Source of the DNA: an uncultured cyanobacterium
Lineage (GTDB): Bacteria > Cyanobacteriota > Cyanobacteriia > CAKZMO01
Length of the DNA stretch: 64,000 nucleotides
NCBI GenBank assembly: GCA_963719515.1
Contig: CAVRCJ010000007.1
Span: 130,287 to 194,286, forward strand
Reading direction: 5' to 3'
The translations under genes and the position numbers were made by a program. The notes under the pieces are model-generated. The model saw nothing but the letters and a program-made list of their open reading frames with translations. It was not told where the DNA came from and did no database searches. Shown piece by piece: positions 39,932-49,969 of the stretch (its first letter is position 1; each line of letters begins with the position of its first letter).

Positions 39932-42403
39932 ATGGTAAGGGTCTCAGTTGGGCTGGTGGCGTTTGTTTTGGCGATCGCGGCTACCCTCATCGCTCCTAAT
40001 ACCTATTACTTATTCATCTTGGGGATGATTGGGGTGACCACGCTGGTTTCAGTGGGGCTGAACATTTTAGCGGGGCTGTCGGGTCAGATTTCCATCGGCC
40101 ACGCTGGATTCTTCGCCATCGGAGCCTACACGGGAAGCCTGCTGATGCTTAAGGCCGACTGGCCGTTTTGGCCTGCCCTAGCTCTAGCCGCTGTAGCCGC
40201 TGGCGGCACCGGTTTGGCGCTGGCGGCACCGGCGCTGCGGGTGAGTGGCCCCTATCTGGCAATGGTCACGATCGCCTTTGGCATTATTGTTGAACGCATT
40301 TTGATTGAGTGGGTAGGGCTGACGGGCGGCTTTGGCGGTCTGACGGGCCTGCCCAAACCGACGCTGCTGGGTCTATCGCCTCTGCGGGACACGGTGCTGC
40401 TGGTGATGGTGCTGGCCTTTTTGGCGGCGCTGTCTTTTGCTCAGCTAAAGCGCCACCCCTGGGGGAGGGCAATGCAGGCGGTGCGAGACGATGCGATCGC
40501 CGCTAAGTCCTTGGGGCTCAATCCGCTCTACGTCAAAGTGGTGGCATTTGTCCTCTCAGCGGCGCTGACCGGGGTGGCCGGAATGTTTTTTGCGCCCATC
40601 GTGGGATTCGTCAGTCCGGATAGCTTCACCTTTCACCGCTCAATTCTGTTTTTGCTGGCGGTTATTTTAGGCGGCTTAGGAACGGCGGAAGGGGCCGTGC
40701 TAGGGGCGCTGGTGCTCGTCATTTTGCCGGAGCTGCTGAGCGATTTTGCCGAATACCAGCTCCTGGTGTTTGGACTGCTGCTGGTGGCGACCCTACGGCT
40801 TGCTCCTGACGGCATCATGAGTGCCTTTCGCTGGCTAGACCAGCCCAAGCCAGTGCATCCCCTACCCCAGCCGCCCGCCTCGCCTTTGCCCCTTCTTCAG
40901 CAGCCCAGCCCCCTAGCGGTAGAGGACGTCAGTATCCAGTTTGGCGGCATCCGCGCGGTGGACCGCGTCAGCGCTACGGCCCACCCCGGCACCGTCACGG
41001 CGGTGATTGGCCCCAACGGCGCGGGCAAGACGACTCTGCTCAATTTAATCAGCGGCTTTTACCGCCCCCAATCTGGCTCAATCCGGCTGGGGGACCAGGA
41101 CTTGACCCACCTCAGCAGCCGCCAAATTGCTGCCCTGGGCGTTAGCCGTACCTTCCAGGCCACCCGGCTGTTCAATTCTCTATCGGTGGTCGACAACCTG
41201 CGCATTGCGGCGGCGGGTGCGCAGCTGGGACCTGTGCTTTGGGGGCTGCTGGGGGTAGAAAGCCGTAGGTTTCCTCAAAACTCTATTTTGGAGCTGCTTT
41301 CCTTCGTCGGCTATCGGGGCGATATTCATCAACCGGCGGCAGCGCTTCCGTTTGGCGATCGCCGCCTGGTGGAGCTGGCCCGCGCCCTGATTACCCGACC
41401 CCAAGTGCTGCTGCTGGATGAGCCGGCAGCGGGATTAGGAAAAGAAGACAAAGTGGCCTTGGCTCAGCTGATTCGCCGCATCGCCAGCAGCGGCATCAAG
41501 GTGATTCTGATTGAGCACGATATGGAGCTGGTGATGGGCATCTCGGATACGGTGCTGGTGATGGATAGTGGGGAGGCGATCGCTTCGGGTCCCCCGGCTC
41601 AGGTGCAGCAAGATCCCAAAGTGCTGGCGGCCTATCTGGGCACCGAGGCCTCCGGCGAAGGCTTATCCCGCCACCGCGTCGCCAGCGCTCCGCTGCTCAC
41701 CGTGACAAATCTGACCACGGGGTACGGAAGCTTACAGGTGCTCAAGGATCTTTCCCTGACGGTCAACCAAGGCGAACTTGTGGCTATCATCGGAGCCAAT
41801 GGCGCGGGTAAAAGTACCCTGCTCAAGAGCTTGGTCAACCTGCTGCCTGCCTGGTCAGGGCGCGTCGAGCTTGAGGCCTGGTCCCTCTCCTCTATCCCTG
41901 CCCACCGGATGGCGTCCAGCGGGGTGGTGCTGGTGCCCGAGGGTCGTCAAGTGTTTAGAGACCTCACTGTTATAGACAACTTGCGGTTGGGAGCCTTTCA
42001 CCGGCTGGATTCTGGCATCGAACCCGACATCGAGCGCATGCTGGAGCGCTTTCCTAGACTGCGGGAGCGTCAGGGGCAAAAAGCAGGGCTGCTCTCGGGG
42101 GGAGAACAGCAGATGCTGGCGATCGCCCGAGGGCTGATGGCCCGTCCCCGGCTGCTGCTGTTGGATGAGCCCTCGCTGGGGCTAGCGCCGCAGCTGGTGG
42201 AGAGCCTCTACGCTACGCTGGCGGACTTGCGGAATGAGGACATCACCATTTTGCTAGTGGACCAAATGGCCAGTTTGGCGCTGGCGATCGCCGACCGAGC
42301 TTATCTGCTAGAAACGGGACAAATTGTGCGGTCGGGCTCGGCGGCTGATCTGAGGAACGACCCAGCAGTTTCAGACAGTTATCTGGGTACTTATGTGGGT
42401 TAG
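39932..42403 (+). CDS. Fused LivM permease + LivG ATPase + LivF ATPase
   Basis: GQISIGHAGFF permease; two Walker A motifs (GPNGAGKT, GANGAGKS), LSGGEQQ, two LLLDEP; ATG 39932. Confidence 0.9.
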   Translation: MVRVSVGLVAFVLAIAATLIAPNTYYLFILGMIGVTTLVSVGLNILAGLSGQISIGHAGFFAIGAYTGSLLMLKADWPFWPALALAAVAAGGTGLALAAPALRVSGPYLAMVTIAFGIIVERILIEWVGLTGGFGGLTGLPKPTLLGLSPLRDTVLLVMVLAFLAALSFAQLKRHPWGRAMQAVRDDAIAAKSLGLNPLYVKVVAFVLSAALTGVAGMFFAPIVGFVSPDSFTFHRSILFLLAVILGGLGTAEGAVLGALVLVILPELLSDFAEYQLLVFGLLLVATLRLAPDGIMSAFRWLDQPKPVHPLPQPPASPLPLLQQPSPLAVEDVSIQFGGIRAVDRVSATAHPGTVTAVIGPNGAGKTTLLNLISGFYRPQSGSIRLGDQDLTHLSSRQIAALGVSRTFQATRLFNSLSVVDNLRIAAAGAQLGPVLWGLLGVESRRFPQNSILELLSFVGYRGDIHQPAAALPFGDRRLVELARALITRPQVLLLDEPAAGLGKEDKVALAQLIRRIASSGIKVILIEHDMELVMGISDTVLVMDSGEAIASGPPAQVQQDPKVLAAYLGTEASGEGLSRHRVASAPLLTVTNLTTGYGSLQVLKDLSLTVNQGELVAIIGANGAGKSTLLKSLVNLLPAWSGRVELEAWSLSSIPAHRMASSGVVLVPEGRQVFRDLTVIDNLRLGAFHRLDSGIEPDIERMLERFPRLRERQGQKAGLLSGGEQQMLAIARGLMARPRLLLLDEPSLGLAPQLVESLYATLADLRNEDITILLVDQMASLALAIADRAYLLETGQIVRSGSAADLRNDPAVSDSYLGTYVG

Positions 42404-42445
42404 CACAACGGTTTTGGACAGTTATCTGGGTACTTATGTGGGTTA
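42374..42445 (+). repeat. 29-bp direct repeat duplicating the gene 3' end
   Basis: GACAGTTATCTGGGTACTTATGTGGGTTA at 42374-42402 and 42417-42445. Confidence 0.9.
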
Positions 42446-42522
42446 ACGAAAAGAGTACGCTGGTTTCACAAACCCCCTAAAATTTCAATGCTTCGAGAAG
42501 AGCAACGCTCTGCAGCGCCACA

Positions 42523-45500
42523 ATGCACTACGACTCACAGCCCCAACAGAGCAGCCGTCAAGATCACCCCCAGCTGCAGCTATCCCTGCGGAGCCTGCTC
42601 TTCATTCCGCTGGTGGTGCAGATCATCATCGCTATTACGCTCGCGGGGTGGCTAGCCCACCGCAACGCGCAGCTGGCGGTTCAACAGCTGGCCCATCAGC
42701 TCCTGGCGAATACAGGCCAGCATCTCTATAGTCAGCTCGAAGCCCAGACCGCTATTCCCCCATTGGTGGCACAGCACAACGTCGATGCCCTAGAGCTTGG
42801 CCAGCTCGACCCTACGGACTTGAAAAGCTGGGTTCCTCACCTGCTTCGGCAGAGCAATCGCTTTCCAGCGGTGACCTACATTTACTACGGCAGCAGCCAG
42901 GGCCAATACGTCGAGATTCACAAGTTTCCAGATGGGCGCCTGGAGCTAGCGCTCAAATTGAGTCCGAGCGAACCACATCCTAAGATCTATCAGCTAACCT
43001 CAGAGGGAAAAATTGGTGCTCTGCTGGAGGTAAATGACCATGAGCACTACTATCATCGCCAGCGGCCCTGGTATCGGGCGGCTGCGGTTTCTGGTAAAGC
43101 CCTGTGGACAGACGTCTACGAGTTTACTAGCGCGCAGCCTGAGATGGGCATCAGCTTTGTGCGGCCCTACAAGAGACAGAACCAGTCGCTTGAGGGAGTG
43201 CTGGGGGCTGACTTTACCATTTTTGCCATTGATCAGTTTTTAGAAGACCTGAAGCTGACCCCCTCCAGCGAAACGTTTGTCATGCAGCCCGACGGGACGA
43301 TCATTGCTAGCTCGGAGCATGCTGTTTCCGACGCTGAGGAGACGGTGCCCCCCGCCCCGCCTTTAGGAGCGCTCGCGGTCGCCGAGCTGAGCCAGCAGCT
43401 CGGCGACCTCAGTCAGCTTAAGACAGTGCAGCGGATTCAGTTTCGCTCCAAGGGTGAGGTGTATTGGGTGCAGGTGACGCCGTTTGCCGACGACTATGGA
43501 CTTCGGTGGCTAGGGGTGTCCATTTTGCCAGAGGTCGATTTTACCGCTGAAATCAGGCACAACAATCGCAACACCGTGCTGCTGTGTCTTTTAGCCTTTG
43601 TGGTTTCCACGGGGGCCAGCTCTCTATTGGCACAGCGGCTCAACCAGCCTATTTTTCGTCTGGGGCTAGCTAGCCGAGCGATCGCCCAAGGAATCCCAGC
43701 TGTAGCAATTGCCCCGTCGCATATTCTAGAGGTAAATCTCTTGGTGCAGCGCTTTAACCGCATGGCCCAGGACTTAGCTCAGTCACAATCCCAGCTCAAA
43801 GCCTACTCTCAGCAGCTTGAGACGCTGGTGGAGGCCCGGACCCAAGCCCTAAGTCAGTCGGAAGAAAAGTTTTCGGTTACCTTTCAGGCCAGCCCCAACG
43901 GCGTCGCGCTCTCAACCCTTGACGAAGGGAGATATTTGGAGGTCAACGATCGCTTTGCGGAACTGCTGGGGCGACCTAAAGGCGACATTGTCGGACGCAC
44001 CAGCACTGAATTTGAGATTTGGGTTGCCCCTTACACCCAAGCTGAATACGTCCGGCAGCTAAAAGCGGGCCGTATCCGTAACCAAGAGAGCCAAATTCGA
44101 ACAGCATCGGGGGGTATTAAGACGGTGCTGCTCTCTGCGGAAATGATTAACGTGCAGGGAGAACCCCGTATTCTCTCCATTGTCAACGACATCAGCGATC
44201 GCAAGCGGGTGCAGTCTGCATTAGCAGTGAGTCAGGCCAAATTTCAGCGGCTTGTGGACGATATTGGCGATGGGTTTGTCATCTTTAGCCACATGGGTCT
44301 TGACGGCGTAATTACTTATGTCAGCGGCGGATTTACGGCGGTATTCGGCTTAGAAAAGGAAGAAATTCTGGGACAGCCTTGGGGGAATTCTGTGCAGTGG
44401 CTGCGAGAAGATACCGTAGCGGCACAGGCCGCCGTTGTTGAGGCCGCAGCGGGAAAAAGCTTTCAACAGTTCGAGATGCGGTTTATCCACCCTGAGGGTG
44501 AGCTGCGTACGGTGGTGGTTTCTCAACACCCGGTTAGAGATGAGGTAGGCAACCTAGTTGCCATAGACGGCATTTTGGAGAACATCACCGGGCGCAAGCG
44601 TACAGAATCGCGGCTCCGGCGACGGGAGGCGCAGCTGGCCGAGGCGCAGCGCATTGCCCATATGGGCGACTGGGAAATCGACCTAAGAACCAGGGAGACG
44701 ACTTGGTCAACAGAGCTACTGCGAATTTTTGGTTTTGACCCTGAAGGACCACCGCCCTCTTACGCTGAAGCGTTCCGGCGGCTTTATCCCGACGACCGTC
44801 AGCGCTGGACAGACCTCTTTCGGCAGTTAATTACAACCGGAATGCCCTATGGAATAGACCTGCGGGTTATGCTGCCCTGTGGGGAACTGCGGCATGTCGA
44901 AGGCCGGGGGAAGGGTGTTCAGGACGAGCAGGGCCGGATAATTCGCGTTTTGGGAACGGGGCTAGACGTCACAGAGCGCAAGCGTACCCAAGAGCAGCTG
45001 GCCCAACAGTTTCAGCGGCAGCAGCTGCTCACCGGCATTACCACTCAAATTCGCCAGAGCCTCGCCATCCGGAGCGTCTATGAGACGACCGCACAAGAAG
45101 TAGGCCGAGCCTTCAACGTCAGCCGCTGCCTGCTGCAGATCTACGCCAAGCCATCAACGACGAGCGTGTTGACGGTAGCTCAGTATTTGGCTCCGGCCCA
45201 GACCTCTATGGCGGACCTAGCGCTTCCCCTTGACGGCCTCTATGCTCAAGCGATCTTGACTTCAGACTGCGCTATTGTTATGCCCAACGTCCATGAAGAC
45301 CCGTTACTCGCGCCAGCCTTAGAGCTGTGTGACCGGTTCCACATTAAGTCCTTACTTGCCATCAGCACCTCTTATCAGGGCGTCGCTAATGGCTTTATCA
45401 GCCTGCACCAATGCGATCGCCTACGCCAGTGGACCGATGATGAGGTGAGTCTGCTGGAGTCGGTGGCGGCCCAGGTGGGAATCGCGATCGCCCAGGCCAA

Positions 45501-47121
45501 CCTCCTGCAGCAAGAACAGCATCAGCGGGAGAAGCTGGCAGAGCAAAATATCGCTCTCGACCAAGCCATTCGCGCCGCCGAAGCGGCCAACAGGGCAAAG
45601 AGCGAATTTTTGGCCAACATGAGCCACGAGCTGAGGACGCCCCTCAACGCTATTCTTGGATTCAGCCACCTGATGGCCCACAATGACAACCTCACCCCGA
45701 CTCAGGCCAGCAACCTCAACATCATCAACCGCAGTGGTGAGCACCTGCTAGAGCTGATTAATAGCGTCCTCGACATGTCTAAAATCGAGGCGGGACGCAC
45801 CACGCTTCATTTGACTGACGTCGATCTACCTCGGCTGCTCGCTGATATCGCTGACCTGTTTGAGCTACGGGCCCAAGAACAGCAGGTTCATCTGAGGATG
45901 GATTTGGCATCCGACCTGCCCAACACCATTCGTACTGACGCGGGTAAGCTGCGCCAGGTGTTGGTAAACCTACTGAGCAACGCGCTTAAATCAACTGACG
46001 GCGGATTCGTGACGCTGCGGGTCAGTGCTACGACTGATCTGACCGCCCCCAATCTAAACGCAGCGCCCGAAGCAGCGCCGATCGAGGGAGATGGGCCCAG
46101 CCGGGACAACTTGGTGCTGAAGTTTGAGGTCGAAGACACCGGCTGTGGGGTGATTCCGGACAACATGGCCAAAATATTCGAAGCGTTTGTGCAAAGCGAA
46201 GTCGGGCTCAATACCCGCTCCGGCACCGGACTGGGCCTCACCATCACCCATAAGTTTGTTGAACTGCTGGGCGGTCAGCTTACTGTCGCAAGCGGTGGTA
46301 TGGGCTACAGCCCTGGAGAGCCCCGGCCGTACCCGACATCCGCCGCTCCCGCCCTGGGCTCCTGCTTCAGCTTTACGGTGCGGGCGCAGGTGGGGCGACC
46401 CACTGCTCGGCAGCTCCAATCTCCGCCCCGGAGGGTCATCGGTCTCGCCGAAGGCCAATCGCCCTGCCGAATTTTGATTGCCGAAGATCGTCACGAAAGC
46501 AGGCTGCTGCTGCAATTGCTAACTGCAGTTGGCTTTGAGGTGAGGACCGCTGATAGCGGACAAGCCGCAATTGAAGCTTGGCAGCAGTGGCATCCAGACT
46601 TAATCTGGATGGATATGCGCATGCCGGTGATGGACGGCTACCGCGCGACCCGCCACATCAAAGCTCAGCCTGGCGGACAGCAGACTGTTATTATTGCTCT
46701 GACGGCCAGCGGCTTAGAAAATAGTCGGACAAGCGCTGCGGCAGCGGGCTGCGACGACTATGTGATAAAGCCGTTCCGGGCCAGCTTGATCTTAGAAAAA
46801 ATTGCGGAGCACCTTGGCGTTCACTACCGCTACGAGCGGGCGGACAGCTCAAAGACTCATTCTCTATCTGCGCTGGTGGGAAATCCCTCGGCGATCGCGG
46901 AGCAGCTTGCCGATGTGCCGCTGGAGTGGGTGAGGCGACTCTGGCGGGCTGCAGCGAGCGCTGACAACGACCTGATTGCTGAACTCCTCAGCGATCGCCA
47001 ACCGGCCAACCCGCAACTCTGCCAAGCGATCCAGGCTACCGTCGACCACTTTCGCTACGATATTTTGATTCAAGCCACCCAAAATAGACTCGATGCGATA
47101 CCAGAGGAGCTGCACCCGTGA
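42523..47121 (+). CDS. Hybrid sensor kinase (Cache-HAMP-3xPAS-GAF-HisKA-HATPase-REC)
   Basis: RQRPWY Cache motif between two TMs, FLANMSHELRTPL, GTGLGL, WMDMRMPVMDG. Confidence 0.92.
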   Translation: MHYDSQPQQSSRQDHPQLQLSLRSLLFIPLVVQIIIAITLAGWLAHRNAQLAVQQLAHQLLANTGQHLYSQLEAQTAIPPLVAQHNVDALELGQLDPTDLKSWVPHLLRQSNRFPAVTYIYYGSSQGQYVEIHKFPDGRLELALKLSPSEPHPKIYQLTSEGKIGALLEVNDHEHYYHRQRPWYRAAAVSGKALWTDVYEFTSAQPEMGISFVRPYKRQNQSLEGVLGADFTIFAIDQFLEDLKLTPSSETFVMQPDGTIIASSEHAVSDAEETVPPAPPLGALAVAELSQQLGDLSQLKTVQRIQFRSKGEVYWVQVTPFADDYGLRWLGVSILPEVDFTAEIRHNNRNTVLLCLLAFVVSTGASSLLAQRLNQPIFRLGLASRAIAQGIPAVAIAPSHILEVNLLVQRFNRMAQDLAQSQSQLKAYSQQLETLVEARTQALSQSEEKFSVTFQASPNGVALSTLDEGRYLEVNDRFAELLGRPKGDIVGRTSTEFEIWVAPYTQAEYVRQLKAGRIRNQESQIRTASGGIKTVLLSAEMINVQGEPRILSIVNDISDRKRVQSALAVSQAKFQRLVDDIGDGFVIFSHMGLDGVITYVSGGFTAVFGLEKEEILGQPWGNSVQWLREDTVAAQAAVVEAAAGKSFQQFEMRFIHPEGELRTVVVSQHPVRDEVGNLVAIDGILENITGRKRTESRLRRREAQLAEAQRIAHMGDWEIDLRTRETTWSTELLRIFGFDPEGPPPSYAEAFRRLYPDDRQRWTDLFRQLITTGMPYGIDLRVMLPCGELRHVEGRGKGVQDEQGRIIRVLGTGLDVTERKRTQEQLAQQFQRQQLLTGITTQIRQSLAIRSVYETTAQEVGRAFNVSRCLLQIYAKPSTTSVLTVAQYLAPAQTSMADLALPLDGLYAQAILTSDCAIVMPNVHEDPLLAPALELCDRFHIKSLLAISTSYQGVANGFISLHQCDRLRQWTDDEVSLLESVAAQVGIAIAQANLLQQEQHQREKLAEQNIALDQAIRAAEAANRAKSEFLANMSHELRTPLNAILGFSHLMAHNDNLTPTQASNLNIINRSGEHLLELINSVLDMSKIEAGRTTLHLTDVDLPRLLADIADLFELRAQEQQVHLRMDLASDLPNTIRTDAGKLRQVLVNLLSNALKSTDGGFVTLRVSATTDLTAPNLNAAPEAAPIEGDGPSRDNLVLKFEVEDTGCGVIPDNMAKIFEAFVQSEVGLNTRSGTGLGLTITHKFVELLGGQLTVASGGMGYSPGEPRPYPTSAAPALGSCFSFTVRAQVGRPTARQLQSPPRRVIGLAEGQSPCRILIAEDRHESRLLLQLLTAVGFEVRTADSGQAAIEAWQQWHPDLIWMDMRMPVMDGYRATRHIKAQPGGQQTVIIALTASGLENSRTSAAAAGCDDYVIKPFRASLILEKIAEHLGVHYRYERADSSKTHSLSALVGNPSAIAEQLADVPLEWVRRLWRAAASADNDLIAELLSDRQPANPQLCQAIQATVDHFRYDILIQATQNRLDAIPEELHP

Positions 47122-48929
47122 CGCAGTATAAAGGTGACATTTTAATTGTTGACGATACTCCAGATAATCTAAGGGTTTTGTCTGCCCTGCTCACAGAAAG
47201 GCAGTACAAAGTTCGGAGCGTCATTTCAGGTCGCCTTGCGCTTACCGTGGCCCAGCAGGCCCAGCCCGATCTGATCTTGCTGGATATCAAGATGCCGGAA
47301 ATTGACGGCTATCAGGTGTGCGAATACCTGAAGTTGAACGAAACCACTGCTGATATCCCAGTGATCTTTCTTAGCGCCCTCGACGCCCCTATTGATAAAG
47401 TCAACGCTTTCAAGGTGGGAGGGGTTGACTTCATCACCAAACCCTTTCACAACGAAGAGGTCGTAGTTCGCATCGATACGCAGCTCAGACTGAGGAACAT
47501 GACCCGTGAGCTGAAGGCCATCAACGTTGAGCTGGAGGACCGGGTAAAGCAGCGCACCGCACAGCTCGAGCGCGAAATTTCCGAACGCTGCAACGCCCAA
47601 GAGCAGCTGCTCCACTGCGCGCTCCACGACAGTTTGACGGGTTTGCCGAATCGCGCCCTACTGATGACGCGGGTGAGGCAGACGCTCAAAGGCGCGAAAA
47701 AGCACAACACGTTCAGCTTTGCCGTCCTTTTTCTAGACTGCGATCGCTTCAAGCTGGTCAATAACTCACTGGGGCATTCTGTCGGCGACAAACTGCTGGT
47801 GGCGATCGCCCGCCGCATTGAGGGTTGCTTGCCGCTAGGGAGCACCCTGGCGCGTCTCGGGGGAGACGAGTTCATTGCGCTTGTCGAGAACGTTTCTAGT
47901 TCAGAAAACGCCGTTCGAATCGCAGACGCTATCCAGCGAGAAATTAAAGCGCCCTTTCAAGTTGAGCAGTACGAATTTTTTACCAGCATCAGCATTGGCA
48001 TCGTTATGGGCAACCCCAGCTACAGAGAGCCAGAACACATTTTGAGGGATGCCGACGCTGCTATGTACGACGCTAAAGCAGCGGGAAAAGGGTGTCACGC
48101 TCTATTTCTACCTAGCCTTTACCGGCTTGCGCACCATAGCTTCAGCGTAGAAGTTGAGCTAAGGCGCGCGCTTGAATGTAATGAGTTTGTACTGAGTTTT
48201 CAGGCCATTGTTGACCTAGAGGGGGCGCAGCTGCAGGGATTTGAAGCTTTGCTGCGATGGCAGCATCCCGAAAGAGGGCTACTGCGGCCTGACGCCTTTA
48301 TCACGATTGCCGAAGAGTCGGAGGTTGTAGAACTGATTGACTTTTGGGTCTTGAAGCAGGTTTGCCTAAAAGTTGCAGAATGGCAGCTAAAAGGACTGAT
48401 TCACCCCCCCTTTAGAGTTGGCGTTAACTTTTCGGCCAGACACTTTTCGAGGGGCAACTTTGTCGAGCGGGTGGACCAGCTCCTTTCCCAATACAACGTA
48501 GCAGGCAGGCTTCTCAGCTTTGAAATAACGGAGTATGGCCTGATGGGGCATGCTGACGCTGTAGCACAGACCTTAGATCAGCTTCAGCAGCGGGAGATTT
48601 CGATTTCCATCGACGATTTTGGCACCGGCTATTCTTCTTTGAGCTACCTCCACCGCTACCCCGTTGACACCCTCAAGATCGACCGCTGCTTTGTGCGCGA
48701 TCTCCATATCAGGGCTCAAAACGTGGCGATTGTGCGGGCAATTATTGCGCTTGCCGGTGCTTTGGGCATCAAGACCATCGCTGAGGGCGTAGAGGTAGCT
48801 CCGGAGCGAGATCTGTTGATTGAGCTCGGAAGCCACCTGGCCCAGGGCCATTTCTTTTTCGTGCCGCTAGATGCGACTGGCGCAGAAGTGCTGTTGAGCG
48901 ATCGCCATCGGTGCTCTATTTCCCCGTAG
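47118..48929 (+). CDS. REC-GGDEF-EAL c-di-GMP enzyme
   Basis: ILIVDD, LLDIKMP; RLGGDEF; FEALLRW, DDFGTGYSSL; GTGA overlap with the kinase stop. Confidence 0.93.
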   Translation: MTQYKGDILIVDDTPDNLRVLSALLTERQYKVRSVISGRLALTVAQQAQPDLILLDIKMPEIDGYQVCEYLKLNETTADIPVIFLSALDAPIDKVNAFKVGGVDFITKPFHNEEVVVRIDTQLRLRNMTRELKAINVELEDRVKQRTAQLEREISERCNAQEQLLHCALHDSLTGLPNRALLMTRVRQTLKGAKKHNTFSFAVLFLDCDRFKLVNNSLGHSVGDKLLVAIARRIEGCLPLGSTLARLGGDEFIALVENVSSSENAVRIADAIQREIKAPFQVEQYEFFTSISIGIVMGNPSYREPEHILRDADAAMYDAKAAGKGCHALFLPSLYRLAHHSFSVEVELRRALECNEFVLSFQAIVDLEGAQLQGFEALLRWQHPERGLLRPDAFITIAEESEVVELIDFWVLKQVCLKVAEWQLKGLIHPPFRVGVNFSARHFSRGNFVERVDQLLSQYNVAGRLLSFEITEYGLMGHADAVAQTLDQLQQREISISIDDFGTGYSSLSYLHRYPVDTLKIDRCFVRDLHIRAQNVAIVRAIIALAGALGIKTIAEGVEVAPERDLLIELGSHLAQGHFFFVPLDATGAEVLLSDRHRCSISP

Positions 48930-49039
48930 GGCGCTGGCGGCCTGTGGCGATTTTGACGCTATGATGCAGCTATCGCCACGATGGTTTTGCGTTCTTGTCG
49001 CTACAGTTCTTTGCCGCTACAGCGTTTTGCAAGTTTTTT

Positions 49040-49279
49040 ATGGTTATCCTCGACCCTGACTTTCCCGATATTGTCTGGTCATTTAGCTACCGAGGCTGGC
49101 AGCTTGAAATAGACCAAAGTAAGGAGAATGGGTTTGTCTTCTATTCGGTGTGGGCCAACTACGTCGACGGGTGCGCAGTAGCGGTGCCCTACGCGTCCAG
49201 CCGTCGGGCGGCAATTCAGCGAGGGAAGGCGTACGTCGACGCGCGATTTCGGGCAGAGGGTGTGCAGCAGAGTCCTTAA
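49040..49279 (+). CDS. Small hypothetical protein
   Basis: MVILDPDFPDIVWSFSYRGWQLEI...YSVWAN...CAVAVP reads like a compact globular protein. Confidence 0.55.
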   Translation: MVILDPDFPDIVWSFSYRGWQLEIDQSKENGFVFYSVWANYVDGCAVAVPYASSRRAAIQRGKAYVDARFRAEGVQQSP

Positions 49280-49371
49280 AGCCTGCAAGGTTGCTAGAGG
49301 CGATCGCGTTAGTCCCCTATACCTAAACGCTATTTCCTCGGATAGAATACTGGAGCCAAAAACTCATCTAC

Positions 49372-49782
49372 CAAGATGTGGCCAGTGCTCCGCTCATACC
49401 GCTTGGCGGTTAAGGGGTGGTGTCGGACATGCGAAACGAAGTGCGCCTTTACTTTGATGCCGAAGGCGGGAATTGAGGGCAGCGCTGAGGTGAGCAATTG
49501 GTACAATTGAGACATAGCGGTAATGCGCAATAATATATCCTATGGGTATGGTTCGGAGCACCCGGAAAACCCGTGGTGGTGGTAAACCACAGACCAGAGC
49601 CAGTTGGTGTTGGAAAGAGGATTTCCTCAAATTGTCTGCGGTGGGACGCACCGTTGACGTAAAGTAAGTGCCCTGTGAAGGCGTTCTGACCGGGGATGTC
49701 TGAGCTTGCTTGGGCATCTAGGCGTGAGCCAGTGAAACAGGAATCTCCGGCTGTACCTGTAAGGTCAGGGGGAGAGCATCAA
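49372..49782 (+). mobile_element. Non-autonomous IS200/IS605-type element without tnpA or tnpB
   Basis: Left CTAC|CAAGATG..ACCGCTTGGCGGT hairpin; right part GCGGTGGGACGCACCGT...GTGAAACAGGAATCTCC..GGAGAGCATCAA resembles tnpB 3' end/right ends. Confidence 0.6.
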
Positions 49783-49969
49783 GGGATGACTTTACGGGCA
49801 TAGCCTGCGATGCCCCTTCGCAACATATAGCAAATGTCTTAATGCTCAGGGCATTTGCGCGCCGCATTGCCTGTGCTATGTAAGGGTTTGAGCCCACAAC
49901 ATTGTCCTAAGCAATTGGCCAAAGCTATAAAAGCGCAACGCCGTCAACAAAACGCACCGGAAATACCCT

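Noticed and set aside
49330..49717. Short ORFs inside the IS605-type remnant
   Set aside because: No TnpA, TnpB or other recognisable motifs; the region looks non-coding.
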